Source: Styela clava
Lineage: Eukaryota
Length of the DNA: 64,000 nt
Direction: 5' to 3'
Assembly (NCBI RefSeq): GCF_964204865.1
Contig: NC_135259.1
Location: forward strand, 4,464,001-4,528,000
How positions within the stretch are numbered: position 1 is the stretch's first letter; every line of letters begins with the position of its first letter. This document shows positions 49,253 to 60,600 of this stretch, piece by piece. The notes beneath the pieces are model-generated. The model did not search any database. It was not told the DNA's origin and saw only the letters and a program-made list of their open reading frames with translations. Made by a program: the position numbers and the translations under genes.

Positions 49253-52200
49253 CAGCGGCGAGCCCCGGGGCAATGCCCCGGTTGTTTTTTCGGTATAATA
49301 AAAAATATTCGAAAAATACCTCAATATCGGTTGCACAGACTGTCTACACTAGCCATATTCTCCCGACATGGTTCATTTTTCGCTCACAAAGCCGTCGCCG
49401 AACGTAGACGGGGCGACGCCGATTTTGCCCCGGTTGCTCATTGTATATCGTATAATCTCTCTTTTATCTTCCACTCGCCGCGTTTGTCTCGTTTGTTTTC
49501 TGTTTCTTTTACTAAATCATCGGGGCCGATCGGGGCTAGCCCCGAAATTATGACGACACAATGCCGACGTTTCTTACAACAACGTGTTGACATATTCCGC
49601 ATTCCTTCTCGTTCGTTGGTTGCTTGAAGAGTTGATAGTTTCCTCGCCTTCGTTTTTGTCGCTTGTTTCGCTATTTGAATCAGTTAGAGACCTTTAGTCC
49701 ATTTGCTTTCGATTTTCCACATTCCTTTTGAGCTCCTCACTTCTTTCCGGCTTCGCATTTCTTAGCCTTAGACCTCATAATGAATAAGGTTGATGCACTA
49801 CTTCGCACTCCGTTTTCGCAGCTGCCGCTGGAACAAAAATTAGGGGTACAACGTCTTGGGCCTTATCAACCAAAAAATTGTTCACTGGAACAATCCCATG
49901 ACGGAGGAAAGCGTCGGCGTACATTCTGCGCAGAAACTTGGTATAAAAAACACGAATGGTTGTGTTACAGCGAGGACAAAAATGCACTTTTTTTGTTTTT
50001 ATTGCCTACTTTTTGCTACCGCCCGTGACTCACGTTGGTGTAAATTTGGTTTTAGAGATCTTAAACATCTTTCCGAGCGTGCCAGGGATCATCAATCTTC
50101 TATGGAGCATCTGGACAATGCAGTAAAATACCGAACATTCGGAAATGTTAATATTGCAGCACAGTTGGATGAAGGACGCGCGGTTTCTATTCGTCGGCAC
50201 AACCAAAACGTCGAGAAAAACCGCCATGTTCTCGGTCGATTGATAGATGTTTTGAAGTTCATTGGTTGTCACGAGCTGTCCCTCCGTGGGCACGATGAAC
50301 GGGCTGGCTCTTCTAATAGAGGGGTATTTTTGGATATGGTGGAATACACCGCATCCCTAGATACAGTATTGAGAGATCATCTTGATGCCGCAACTGTTTC
50401 GAAAGGGACATCTAAGGATATTCAAAGTGATTTGCTCGACTCAATGTATAAAATTTATTTACAACATTTGGCTCTGGAAATTGAGAATTGCCAGTTCCTT
50501 TCGATTCAGTCTGACGAGACAACTGACATCACGTGCGTTTCCCAACTGGCTGTGATTTTTCGGTTTGTGAAAGATGGTAAACCTACCGAGAGATTTCACA
50601 GCTTTGTACCAATCGTTGATCGCACGGCTTGCGGGATATCGGCTGTACTGAAAGAAGTGTTACAGCCTTACAACGCGAAGTCAAAATTGATAGCTCAAAC
50701 TTATGACGGCGCGGCAGTCATGAGTGGGTCGAGACATGGTGTTCAAGTTTATATAAAAGAAGATTTTCCTCATGCGCATTTTTACAATGTTATGCACACC
50801 AATTTAACCTCGTTATTAAAAATATGTGTCTTGATACCCCTCTCGTCCGTATATTTTTTGCAAATGTTTCGGGGTTTTCTTCATTTTTTTTCCGTTTCGC
50901 CGAAGCGCTCTGACCTCCTTCGCCAGATATGTAGTCGCCGTCTCCCAGCTTGTGCACCAACACGTTGGAACTTCCAATCACGCGTGGTGCAGGGCTTGTC
51001 CGAAATTAGGTCTGAGATCATTGAGTGTTTCAATGGCATTCAGAGCTCTCCGGTTTGGGACGAACGCTCTGTGAGGGAGGCGGCAGGTCTAAAGCGTCTG
51101 CTAGAAGATGGTGAGTTTTCATTTTTTTCTCGCTTTTTTCTCCACAATATTCTATCACGTGGATGTATTATACGGCGCATTGCAGTCAAGGCTAATGGAT
51201 GGAGCGTCTGTGCAGTCGTGTATTTCAGACTTCTGCGATGCTGTATCTCGTATCCGGGAAACAATAAAATACGACGACACATGGAGTGCTTCTTTACGCC
51301 GCGGGCAAACAACGCAGCGTTTGATTTTGTCTGCAAAGGAATGCTGTGACATTCTGGTGAATCAAATAGGCGATCGTCTGCGCACTGAACACCTTGCCAC
51401 GTTCTCTTTGATGAACCCCAAAAATTTTTCAAAATTTGCACGTCAATTTCCCATCCATTTGTTGGCTACTGTCTCTAAATTTTACCCCATGATAAACGTG
51501 GGTAAATTGGAAAATGAATTGCGATGTATATACACCAATCAAACTTTTTTGAACATCACATCAACTTGCGCGCTCTATGGGTTCCTCATAGATAACACTC
51601 CAGTAACTACCTTTGCGGCGTCTGCAAAATTTCTGGACATCATTTTGACGACGCCTATTTCTTCCGCCGACGCAGAGCGAACATTCAGCACGCTGAAGCG
51701 TATTAAAACGTATCTCAGAAACACAATGAAGCAAGATAGATTAAATTCCTTGGCTGTTTTATCCATTCACAGAGACGTTATTTCTGGGATGCATGACTTT
51801 AATCAGCGCGTTATTGAGCATTTTGCTTCCAAGAAACCGCGGCGTGTTGCATATATGTTCAAGCAGTAGAAGTCTAGCAGCATATATATCTATGAGTGAG
51901 CGACGCATGTCCTTATCTTTGCATTACTTTTCCTTTCTTCATAGTAACGTTTTAAACCTTATTTTAGGTTTTGTCTGCTTTCCCGAAGTTTCTGTTAATA
52001 TGTCATTGTATTTATCTGGGTAAATATTGCCTTTCCTTTTGAAAGAGGTTTCAAAATAAACTATGTCTATATTTATTAATCCCCTGACTTGGACCGGTTT
52101 TAAAGACACTTTCTTATCGTTAAAAATTGTCGCTTTTGCCGATTGGTTGTTACCGATGGAATGGTTTTTATACTCATAAAATGATGGGAGAACTTACAGC

Positions 52201-52283
52201 GCTCATCCTGTCCCCGTAGATGGGGGTGACTTGGTCCCGCAGTAGCTTGCCCCGGTTGTCAAAATGACCACGCGCCGCCACTG
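49253..52283 (+). mobile_element. About 3-kb hAT DNA transposon (ZMYM1/TTF-zinc-finger type)
   Basis: Right TIR CCACGCGCCGCCACTG; damaged left end CAGCGGCGAGCC; subterminal TGCCCCGGTTG motifs at both ends; encloses the transposase. No TSD found. Confidence 0.9.
49780..51869 (+). pseudogene. hAT transposase with four single-base frameshifts (695 aa when repaired)
   Basis: TTF-type zinc finger (HEWLCYS..LFCFYC..H), LRGHDE, SDETTD, YDGAAVM, CYAH, TRW, AERTFSTLKRIKTYLRNTM..RLNSLA. Spread over track ORFs 49780, 49856 and 51108. Confidence 0.92.
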
Positions 52284-52609
52284 TCTGTCTCAATAAACAG
52301 GCCAATGCCACCAGCTTTTGTGGAAGAGGGGTTATGGATCGAGTTATATCCAGTAATATTGATATCACAAACTCGTGAATGAGCCAACTTAGTTTCGCTT
52401 AATTAAGGCGATTATATGGGGCACATGATGAAAGCAGGGTAAAAGTTGAATTAGGCAATGGATATGTTCCGAAATTGATATAACATTTAAGTGGATACAA
52501 TTAAATCAAATAACTTGAATCTGGGGGAAATATTTTTAACATCACGAGAATCTGAGTAACTACATTTGTTGTGGCAAATGGTCGAGGGCATATTCAAGGA
52601 TTTCCAAAT

Positions 52610-52970
52610 TGTGTTGGTGTTGAATTTCCCAGCGGGCCGGATTTGGCCCGCGTGCCGTACTTTGCCCATGTCTGCTATAAGCTCTTTGTACAAAGTACTG
52701 TCCGCTGGCTAATTCAATCTGGCCCACCTGATGCTGCCACAACCAAACTGACACCAAATTTTGACGTTTCAGTTAAAATTAGTTTAAGGAATTTGTTGAG
52801 ATTGCGGTTAAATTTAGTTTTGGTTCGAGGTTTATTGTTTTCCATCGTTGCTTTCGTAACACTGTAAACATTGTTCATAAAATGTAACTCTTTACGTCAT
52901 ACTTACATGGCCCGCCAGTCTGGGTGGGCAAAAATTTTGGCCCTTGATCCAAAAACCGTGCCTACCCCTG
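52610..52970. mobile_element. hAT MITE family A, copy 4 (rearranged)
   Basis: The 5' end lies in reverse orientation at about 52620-52674; the remainder is forward at 52701-52970, ending TGCCTACCCCTG. Confidence 0.8.
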
Positions 52971-53534
52971 GTCAAGAAGTTTCGTTGATGATGGTGATAC
53001 ATAAATCTGATTTATCAACAAATGCCATGATTTTTCATAAATGGCATTATGAGGTTTGTCATGACAACCTATATATCGAACGATTACAGTCGATTTCACG
53101 AAGAATCGATTCCGGGGACGATTCCGTCATCCCAATTCATCATAAGAAACGTAAGTTGCATATAATCTACATTCTACAACCAAAGAGATACCCAAGTCCA
53201 ATTCTTGTCCAATAAATGTTTGTTCAATACAAACTCAAATCCGAATTCGAGCCAATAGCTGTGCTTTACTTAAATTAGTTTTATATTACATTACATTCAA
53301 TTGGAGTACATAGCATATTAAATACATATGGACATATATACCGAGTTTCAAACTACTTTCTAACTAAACATTGCATATGCATGGCTTGAATATATTTTAA
53401 CACTCAAGATAATGAATATATTTGAGAGGGTAATATTAGGCATCGGATAACTCTTCAGTATAATGGTTAAAGTTTTCCCCATATATATATATATATATAC
53501 ACATTTAGAAAAATATAGTTTCATAGCATCTATT

Positions 53535-54210
53535 TCATATTTCAATCATTTTGTTGAGGACTCGCAGTAAATCTATTGCTGACGGATATCGATCACGCAT
53601 TTGTACCCAAACACCTCTCGAGCTTCCTTCAATATCTTCGTCAAGATATCTTGTGTACATTATGTGGTTTTCGTAATCATTATTAACAGAATACGTCAGC
53701 ATTGCAAAATCCATGGCGACTTTTTCGCCAATTGTTTGCTGTTTCGATGAAGACACACGCGTTTCGTTAAGTCACTATCATAATAGTCCCAATCATCATT
53801 TATCATTCGATATTCGTTACCGCCTATGTAATGTAAGTGAATCGGAAGCTTAGTATTCAGTATTATATTATTTAGTTGATTTATATTCTTTCGCAGCAAC
53901 ACATCCTAGGATGCTGTCGATCGTTAGATTAGCATTCAGAGCATCGAACCATTATCCGCCTAACATCTCCCAGTTCATCTGATACACAGTATCTTGTCCC
54001 CGAATACTTTTCTCATTTCCACCGCCATGTTGCTTTTAGAAAAATGCAAAGAGAGAATACCAAACCCACGAATGAAATTTTTATCTTCAGTCGCCAACGA
54101 TAAAATCATTCGAGTATTGTTTCTTGTCAATGCAACTTGTGAAAACTCAATGCTGCTTGTGACTGGTTTTGCTGCTTTTTTTGAAATGTATATCGATATG
54201 CCGTGAATTC
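53535..54210 (-). pseudogene. Degraded intronless coding-like sequence of unknown family
   Basis: Three adjacent or overlapping minus-strand open stretches with protein-like composition, separated by stops or frameshifts. No recognised motif. Confidence 0.35.
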
Positions 54211-54424
54211 ACAGACACGTTTTTATGCATATAATATAATCAATTTTAAGCATATCTTGAATCAATAATATTCAAATTTTACAAGTATTCCTTTACTGAA
54301 AACAGTACATGCCTCATAGACAAAAGCGTGATATATATATACCATCCATATATACAAATATACAATACGTCTTATATTGAGAATGAGATACTTCTTATAT
54401 CAATACTTCAATTTATTTAGCGTA

Positions 54425-54900
54425 AATATCATCTCAACTGAAAAACAGCGAGATCGGAGTGACAAATTAAGGCCACCCGGAAAATCTATCATTCTTCGCG
54501 ATATATCCTATGTTGTTTTCTGATTATATATCGGATTATCCTTAATTTTAGCTGTTATTGGGTCATTTGTACAAATTTGTCGGTTTATGAAAACTGTCGA
54601 AACTCACGTATATGTTGAATTCAAATTTCAAAGTATTTCTATACTAATAATAAAAACAGGACATTTGACATCGACATGATAGTGATATATGACGTTTCAT
54701 ATATATATATATATTGTCTAAGCCTGAATCTATGTAGCGCATGTATCGCCTCAACTGAAAGGCAGTGAGAGAGAGAGAGAGATCGAGTCATACAGCACTG
54801 ATGTCAAACATCTACCATTTCTCATGACATATATATCCTATGCTTTTGAGATTATACATGGGAATATTATTTATTGTAGCTTTTATTGAGTTATTTGTTT
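54425..54900. repeat. Diverged direct repeat pair (about 150 bp, about 320 bp apart)
   Basis: CTCAACTGAAA...GAGATCG...ATATATCCTATG...TTATTG.GT.ATTTGT occurs at about 54430-54570 and about 54748-54900. Confidence 0.65.
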
Positions 54901-55575
54901 ACTCGGTCATTTCATTATTATTTTTTCGGTCCGCGAGGTCAATTTATTTGATGTTACCGTTCTGCGAGGTAAAAGGGTTGGACATCCCTGATCTTTTGTA
55001 GACGGTACCAGCTGAAAGCACGAACTGCACCATGTTATTCTTCAGAATGTGATGTGCTGTTATCGCAACGGAATACTTCCTTCCATTGCCGTCGACGAAA
55101 TGCATCTTCCCGAGAGGATAAAAAAAATGCAGAATATTACTAAAGAAATTTATGCAAAAAATTTGCATTCCGAAGTTTTTGAGAAATAACCCATAATGTC
55201 TTAAGTCAATGTTCTGCACCCAATGGGTCGCGACCCTAAACTGAAATCTTCTTAGGTATCCCTTTTTCAACAAAAGACTGAAAGCTTACAGATTTTATTT
55301 TTCAGTAAATTTTATTGTTAACTCGTTTATTTTGTATTGAAGTGTCGCTCAATAGTAATATGTGGAAGTAAACACTTGGCAGCATCTGTTTCACCGAGTA
55401 AAGACACTCCACGATTTCAACTCGTTGATGGCAACATGCGCAGCTTACTCCCTTCATAGGGATTGTCATCGTTGGCGAAGTATTTTCAAATAACTGCAAT
55501 TTTAATTCAAATCGGAACAATCCTTGGGAGTTTTTTTAAACGAACCAATATAAATTTAAATTAACTTGCGATAAT

Positions 55576-56032
55576 TAGGGATGGCGGAATTAAGTCTGGA
55601 CTCGATTACAGAATCAATTCTCCGCGGAATCGACTAGAATCGATTCCGATACATTGGAATCGATTCATAAGGTTAAAACTTGGATTGCAAACAATGTGTA
55701 ACGTTTTATGGCGAGTCCTTCACATATATGTATAAACTGCTTTACTGAGTGGCTACGACGTCGCAAACTTCACTATATATGTATATTTTTTGCTAGAAGA
55801 CTTTTACGTTTATTTATTTCAAAAGTCTTTGAGGGGTTCGTTTTTTTTGTGTGATTATGTCTACTGTGACAGATTGAAGACCAATACTACTTAGTTTTGG
55901 CCTTCTTTTCCTTCCACATATTTAAATATAGCTTTTGTGTTTGATTTCATATAGCATTGTTTAAGTGGGTATTTCTCGGCAAGATATGTCGAGGAATCGA
56001 ATACTTGTAAGTAGTCATACTTAGCATCCTTA
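55576..56032. mobile_element. Non-autonomous hAT-like element with TAGGGATG ends
   Basis: TAGGGATGGC ... GCATCCTTA with repeated GAATCGATTC subterminal motifs. A related right end lies at about 53080-53135. Confidence 0.6.
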
Positions 56033-56149
56033 ACACGTCACATAGTATCCCGAGCTCTTGTCAAGCTCAGCTCATGGACTACTTACTGCTCAGACATTAT
56101 CAATCACTGGAATTATTATTGACCACCTTGGGTACTAGAATCACATGTA

Positions 56150-56620
56150 CTTTGAATGACAAACAATTCCGACCACCAATTCGTTAACATTTATAACCAG
56201 ACATTAGTTTTAAAATTTTAATAACTGGTTTTCTTTTGTATCGGTGTTACCAACAAAGGGTTCCATCATTTCAGAAAATCATAACTAACTTATAGCTCTA
56301 GAAATAAGATTGGGATAACTGAAGCTAAACGATTGCTGTGGATATTTCACAAGCTTTTGATAGAGTTTGGTACGTCGATCTCCAGCACGGAATTCAATCC
56401 TACGGCACACTTGGTCAGATTTTGGACATCTTTTCTCTCTGAAAGGAGAGCAACGTTGTCCTCGACGATCAGCGCTATCGGACATACTCAATTTCTTCCG
56501 GAGTCCCGCAGGGTTCAATACTTGTACCTACATTGTTGTCTATATTCATTTATCAATGGTCCATCGGATAATCTCCCTTGTTATGTTGACTACAACTTTT
56601 TTTTCTGGTCTCAATTATTT
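56150..56620 (+). mobile_element. LINE (CR1/L2/Jockey-type) reverse transcriptase remnant
   Basis: Frame from 56332 reads IAVDISQAFDRVW ... SGVPQGSILVPTLLSIFI (with a stop), followed by a degenerate YADD (YVDY). Confidence 0.85.
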
Positions 56621-57688
56621 TCATAGGTTAGGAGGCTCGAAACGCGTCAATTGGAGTTGAATATCTTTAGCAACTGCACTTATCATAATTTTGCAGTCGA
56701 CTGAAAGATGTTTTTCTTTATGAAATTCTCAAATCACAAACGGATATACACCGTAACGAATACGCCTTATACACGCCCATATATTTATATCAATAGTAAA
56801 ACAAATATTGTCGTGGCTATTTGAGGATAGAATATTGTCAACATGACATGGTCGGTTTTTCAGGGTACATGCATAAAAATATCACAAAGTGTTTGACGTT
56901 TTTGAATGTGAATGTTTTGTGGTAGAGTTAATAAACAAAGCGGCCCTTAAATTTCTTCAAACTGATGCATTGAACATAGAATAAATGTAGAATTAACATG
57001 AAAAGCACTGTATACATATATCAAAATATAACAAGGTCAGGGGCCAATATGGCGATGCTAAAAGAATGCAAATGGAAAAAGCAATATTTGCGATGACAAT
57101 ATAACATTCTTTAAATATAGGTATATATATCTTAACAATTCATTCAACCTCACATCAATGGATTTGACTAGACAACTTGAAAGCTAATAAAACATGCAAA
57201 GAAGTAGCAAGGAACTAGACTCGGCTATCTACCTACAGATTTCTTGAACTACGTAATGTGTGTGCAAAAACATGTAACAAATTAAAGTGGTCATGTTCGC
57301 AATTGTTGACATATTTCACTTCAATACTCGCAACTAATGGTGAAAAATTTGAGGAAGTTAAAAGCAATGATGTCGAAGATAAATAAAGCACAACCGTCTT
57401 TGTGCTTTATGTATCTTCGACATGAATAGACCTTTTGGCAATAATGCGCTATTAAAGGCAGTGTATGTTAATATATTTTCAAAATTTCTGCTTTGTTTTT
57501 ATTATACCCTGGATGGCATTTAATTATCATAAGACTACTTTTTACAAAAAATTTGTTATTTCTACAGAATAGTGTAAATATCGAGAGAAATACAGCTCTT
57601 GTAATTGTTTATGTTGGGTTAGTTAAAATGCAATGGTTACATAATATTGTAAGAAATTTCTTAAGTTATTTGAAAATCCTTTTATTTC

Positions 57689-60600
57689 TTATGACCTTGA
57701 TAACTTGTCTTTCATTAATTCAACATCATCTTCAGAATAGGAACTTAATGGAGGGCAGGTGCAAACTAAATTTTGATCTCCATACACATCATCGATTCGT
57801 CCAACGCTCGGCCAGATTTTGGAATCTGGTTTTATATAAGGCTGAAAAATGAGTGTTGAGTTAGGATAAGATTTATATATTTATCCCAGGGGAAAGGAAA
57901 ACCAATAAGACGACCTAATCATATTGCGAACCACGGCTCCTCGTCCTGTTACCAGTCCATGTCGGGTGTGGGATTAGTCAGTTATCTGTTTTCGAAAACA
58001 TGGACTTGATGGCCAAGAAAGCCGTAAACGATCATTGGCGCGTGAATTCTTCAGCACACAACCATCTCCCATTGGGGTGTGAACCTACGCAGAGTAATCA
58101 GAGGTGCGGTGGCGAGCGTATACCTAACGTTTGCACCACACCGCCGTAGTAAACAGCGGAGTTAAAATTTTTATTTTATCTGTCTAAAAGGGTCAGGTAA
58201 CTGACCCATTTAAATGAATGAGGATATCCAAAAATAATCTGATACAAATTCCTAATTTTAGTAGTCATTCAAATGAGTTTTGATTTGAGCGATCAAAGTT
58301 TCACAGTGTGAATAAACAGGCATACATTTATTCCCACAAAAACTAGAGAAATAACCAAACCACTGTTTATCTGCAACTTTCCAGCATTATCAAACAAACT
58401 TATTGACTACACATTGACTTTTATTTTGTTTTTCGTTGAACAAGACCACTGTTAGAATATACTGCCTATTCAGAAATAATACTCAGAATGTATTTGGAAG
58501 AGTAGCTTATTTGGTGTTAGTCTTTCTCATTGGGATTAGAGGTTTGAAAACTGTTTCCAGTCAAATAATGCTGTTTTTATTACAAATCTACTTTTATTTT
58601 TTTTACTTACCAAGGGGAAGGCAGCTTGTGTTCTTGAGTATGGTCTGTCCCATTTGTCGCCGGTAACAGTAGCCATTGTGTGAGGAGCCATTTTCAATGG
58701 ATTATTGTGTTTGTCCATGTGCCCTTGTTCAATGTCAGATACTTCTTCTCGAATAGCTTAAAGAGGAGAAAATAAATGAGTTTCAATATAATATTAATCC
58801 TGGGGGATTAAGAAATAGGAAAGGTATACTTCCAGCAAAAAATTCAACTCATCGTCAATATAATTGAAGCTATTAAACAGGAATTGAAAGTTAGGAAATT
58901 TGAAAAAGCTTATTTGGAGATATTAACTAAACTTGGCAGCCGGCATAATCATGGTAATGTTTCAAGTAAGAAAATGCAAATGGCTTGGGTTAAAATAAAA
59001 AATACCAGCTGCCGACAAAGCCTAAAATTGTGTGAGCTGCTAGGGATCAACCAGAACAATGGAGTCGAAAGTGTGACTACACACTAATGTTAGATTTAGA
59101 GATCAAGTCGTACTTTCAATATTCTTAAAAGTTAAAACTAGAGTTTGGAAGTTTTGAACCAATTGGGGACAGCAAAATTTCACTCTTCCGAAAGTTGGAA
59201 CAGTTTAAAATTCTTATTGAAAATGAATGAAATTTACATATAAAAAAGATTTCACAAATGCAAAAGTTAAATAGCTGGTATTTGGAATTTCCTGCATAAT
59301 AGAACATTTCTCTGGCCTTATGATCCTATGATTAACAATGGGTGATTCAGAAGTGTGTGTACCAATGTGGAGGCAACTAATTTTGTTCGACTACTTCACA
59401 TCAAGTTGTATAAAGGGACTGAAACCTGGGCATGGGGTATATTCACTTGGTCAACACAGACAGTCCCCGAACTCATAAAAGAACTAAAAAAGAGAAAATT
59501 GAAATAAAATCATGGCCTAACCCTAACCTGGTACATATACTACGAGGGTACCTAACAATGGCGACTCGACCGTGTATTAGAAACCACTCGCAATTACACC
59601 ACTGCATTTTCCAATAAGCGATGTTAATCTGTTTACAATGTGTACTCAAATATACAACTTACATATAAGTGCATCACAGTATCGATCCAATTCGTTTTTA
59701 TCTTCACTTTCAGTCGGTTCAAGCATCAAAGTATTTGTGACTGGCCATGACATGGTAGGTGCATGAAAACCATAGTCCTTAAACATGTAATTCACAATAG
59801 TTAAGTCCCGTGTTTTTAGAAAAATTGACATGATAACGTGACCGCAAATTAATTCAACAATTCAAGTGAATTTGCTATAATAATATTTGGGTATATGAGA
59901 TTAGATGAGCCATTGATTTTATTAACAGGCATTTGCTACTTTGGGCAGTCACGCATACTCACTCAAAAGTAAAAACCTCTCTGAGCAAAGCTACGAGCTA
60001 ACACAGCAATTTTGGTGAACATTGAATAACTGAAGTGGACGTCATCTAATCATCTCACAAACTGATTATTTATTTTAAAAAGGCTTTACATCAGATTTTG
60101 ACTCAAATATAATAATATAAAAAACTTCATATCTGGATGCTGCAAAAATTAACAAAATCCTCTTGTTTGTAAAAAAAATGCTAATTACCTGAAGTCGTTT
60201 AGCAATATCAACAACTTCAATATTCGCAGTTTTCTTGAAACCTCTCATATCAATGATAAATTCATGTGCGTTGTAACCTTTTTTACCTCTAAAAACAATC
60301 TAAAAAACAAATATAGTTATGATGCCAAAGATGAATACAACATTTCAGAATGTTTGTATTAGTAGTTTTTATATTTTAATTTTGCTATGACATGATTTAT
60401 CCCTGGTGTATTTGATAGGATATTATGGTTCTTAACAATATAAGGCCTACAAATTTTGACAAGCAGTAACAGCAATATTGTGGGTAGGTCTATTGTGGGT
60501 AGAAAATTGCTACCCTGTAACAAAAATAGTATCATTCATTGCTACTACCATCAAATTTAACAAATTTACCAACAACTCTAGCAATTTTTAATAGGGTTGT

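Noticed and set aside
49856-51349. 497-aa ORF as a standalone ZMYM1-like host gene
   Set aside because: It is part of a frameshifted transposase inside TIR-bearing DNA; its ends and a middle patch are out of frame.
54944-55520. Two minus-strand ORFs as a small spliced gene
   Set aside because: Weak splice sites, no recognisable domain, and the end runs into a MITE fragment.
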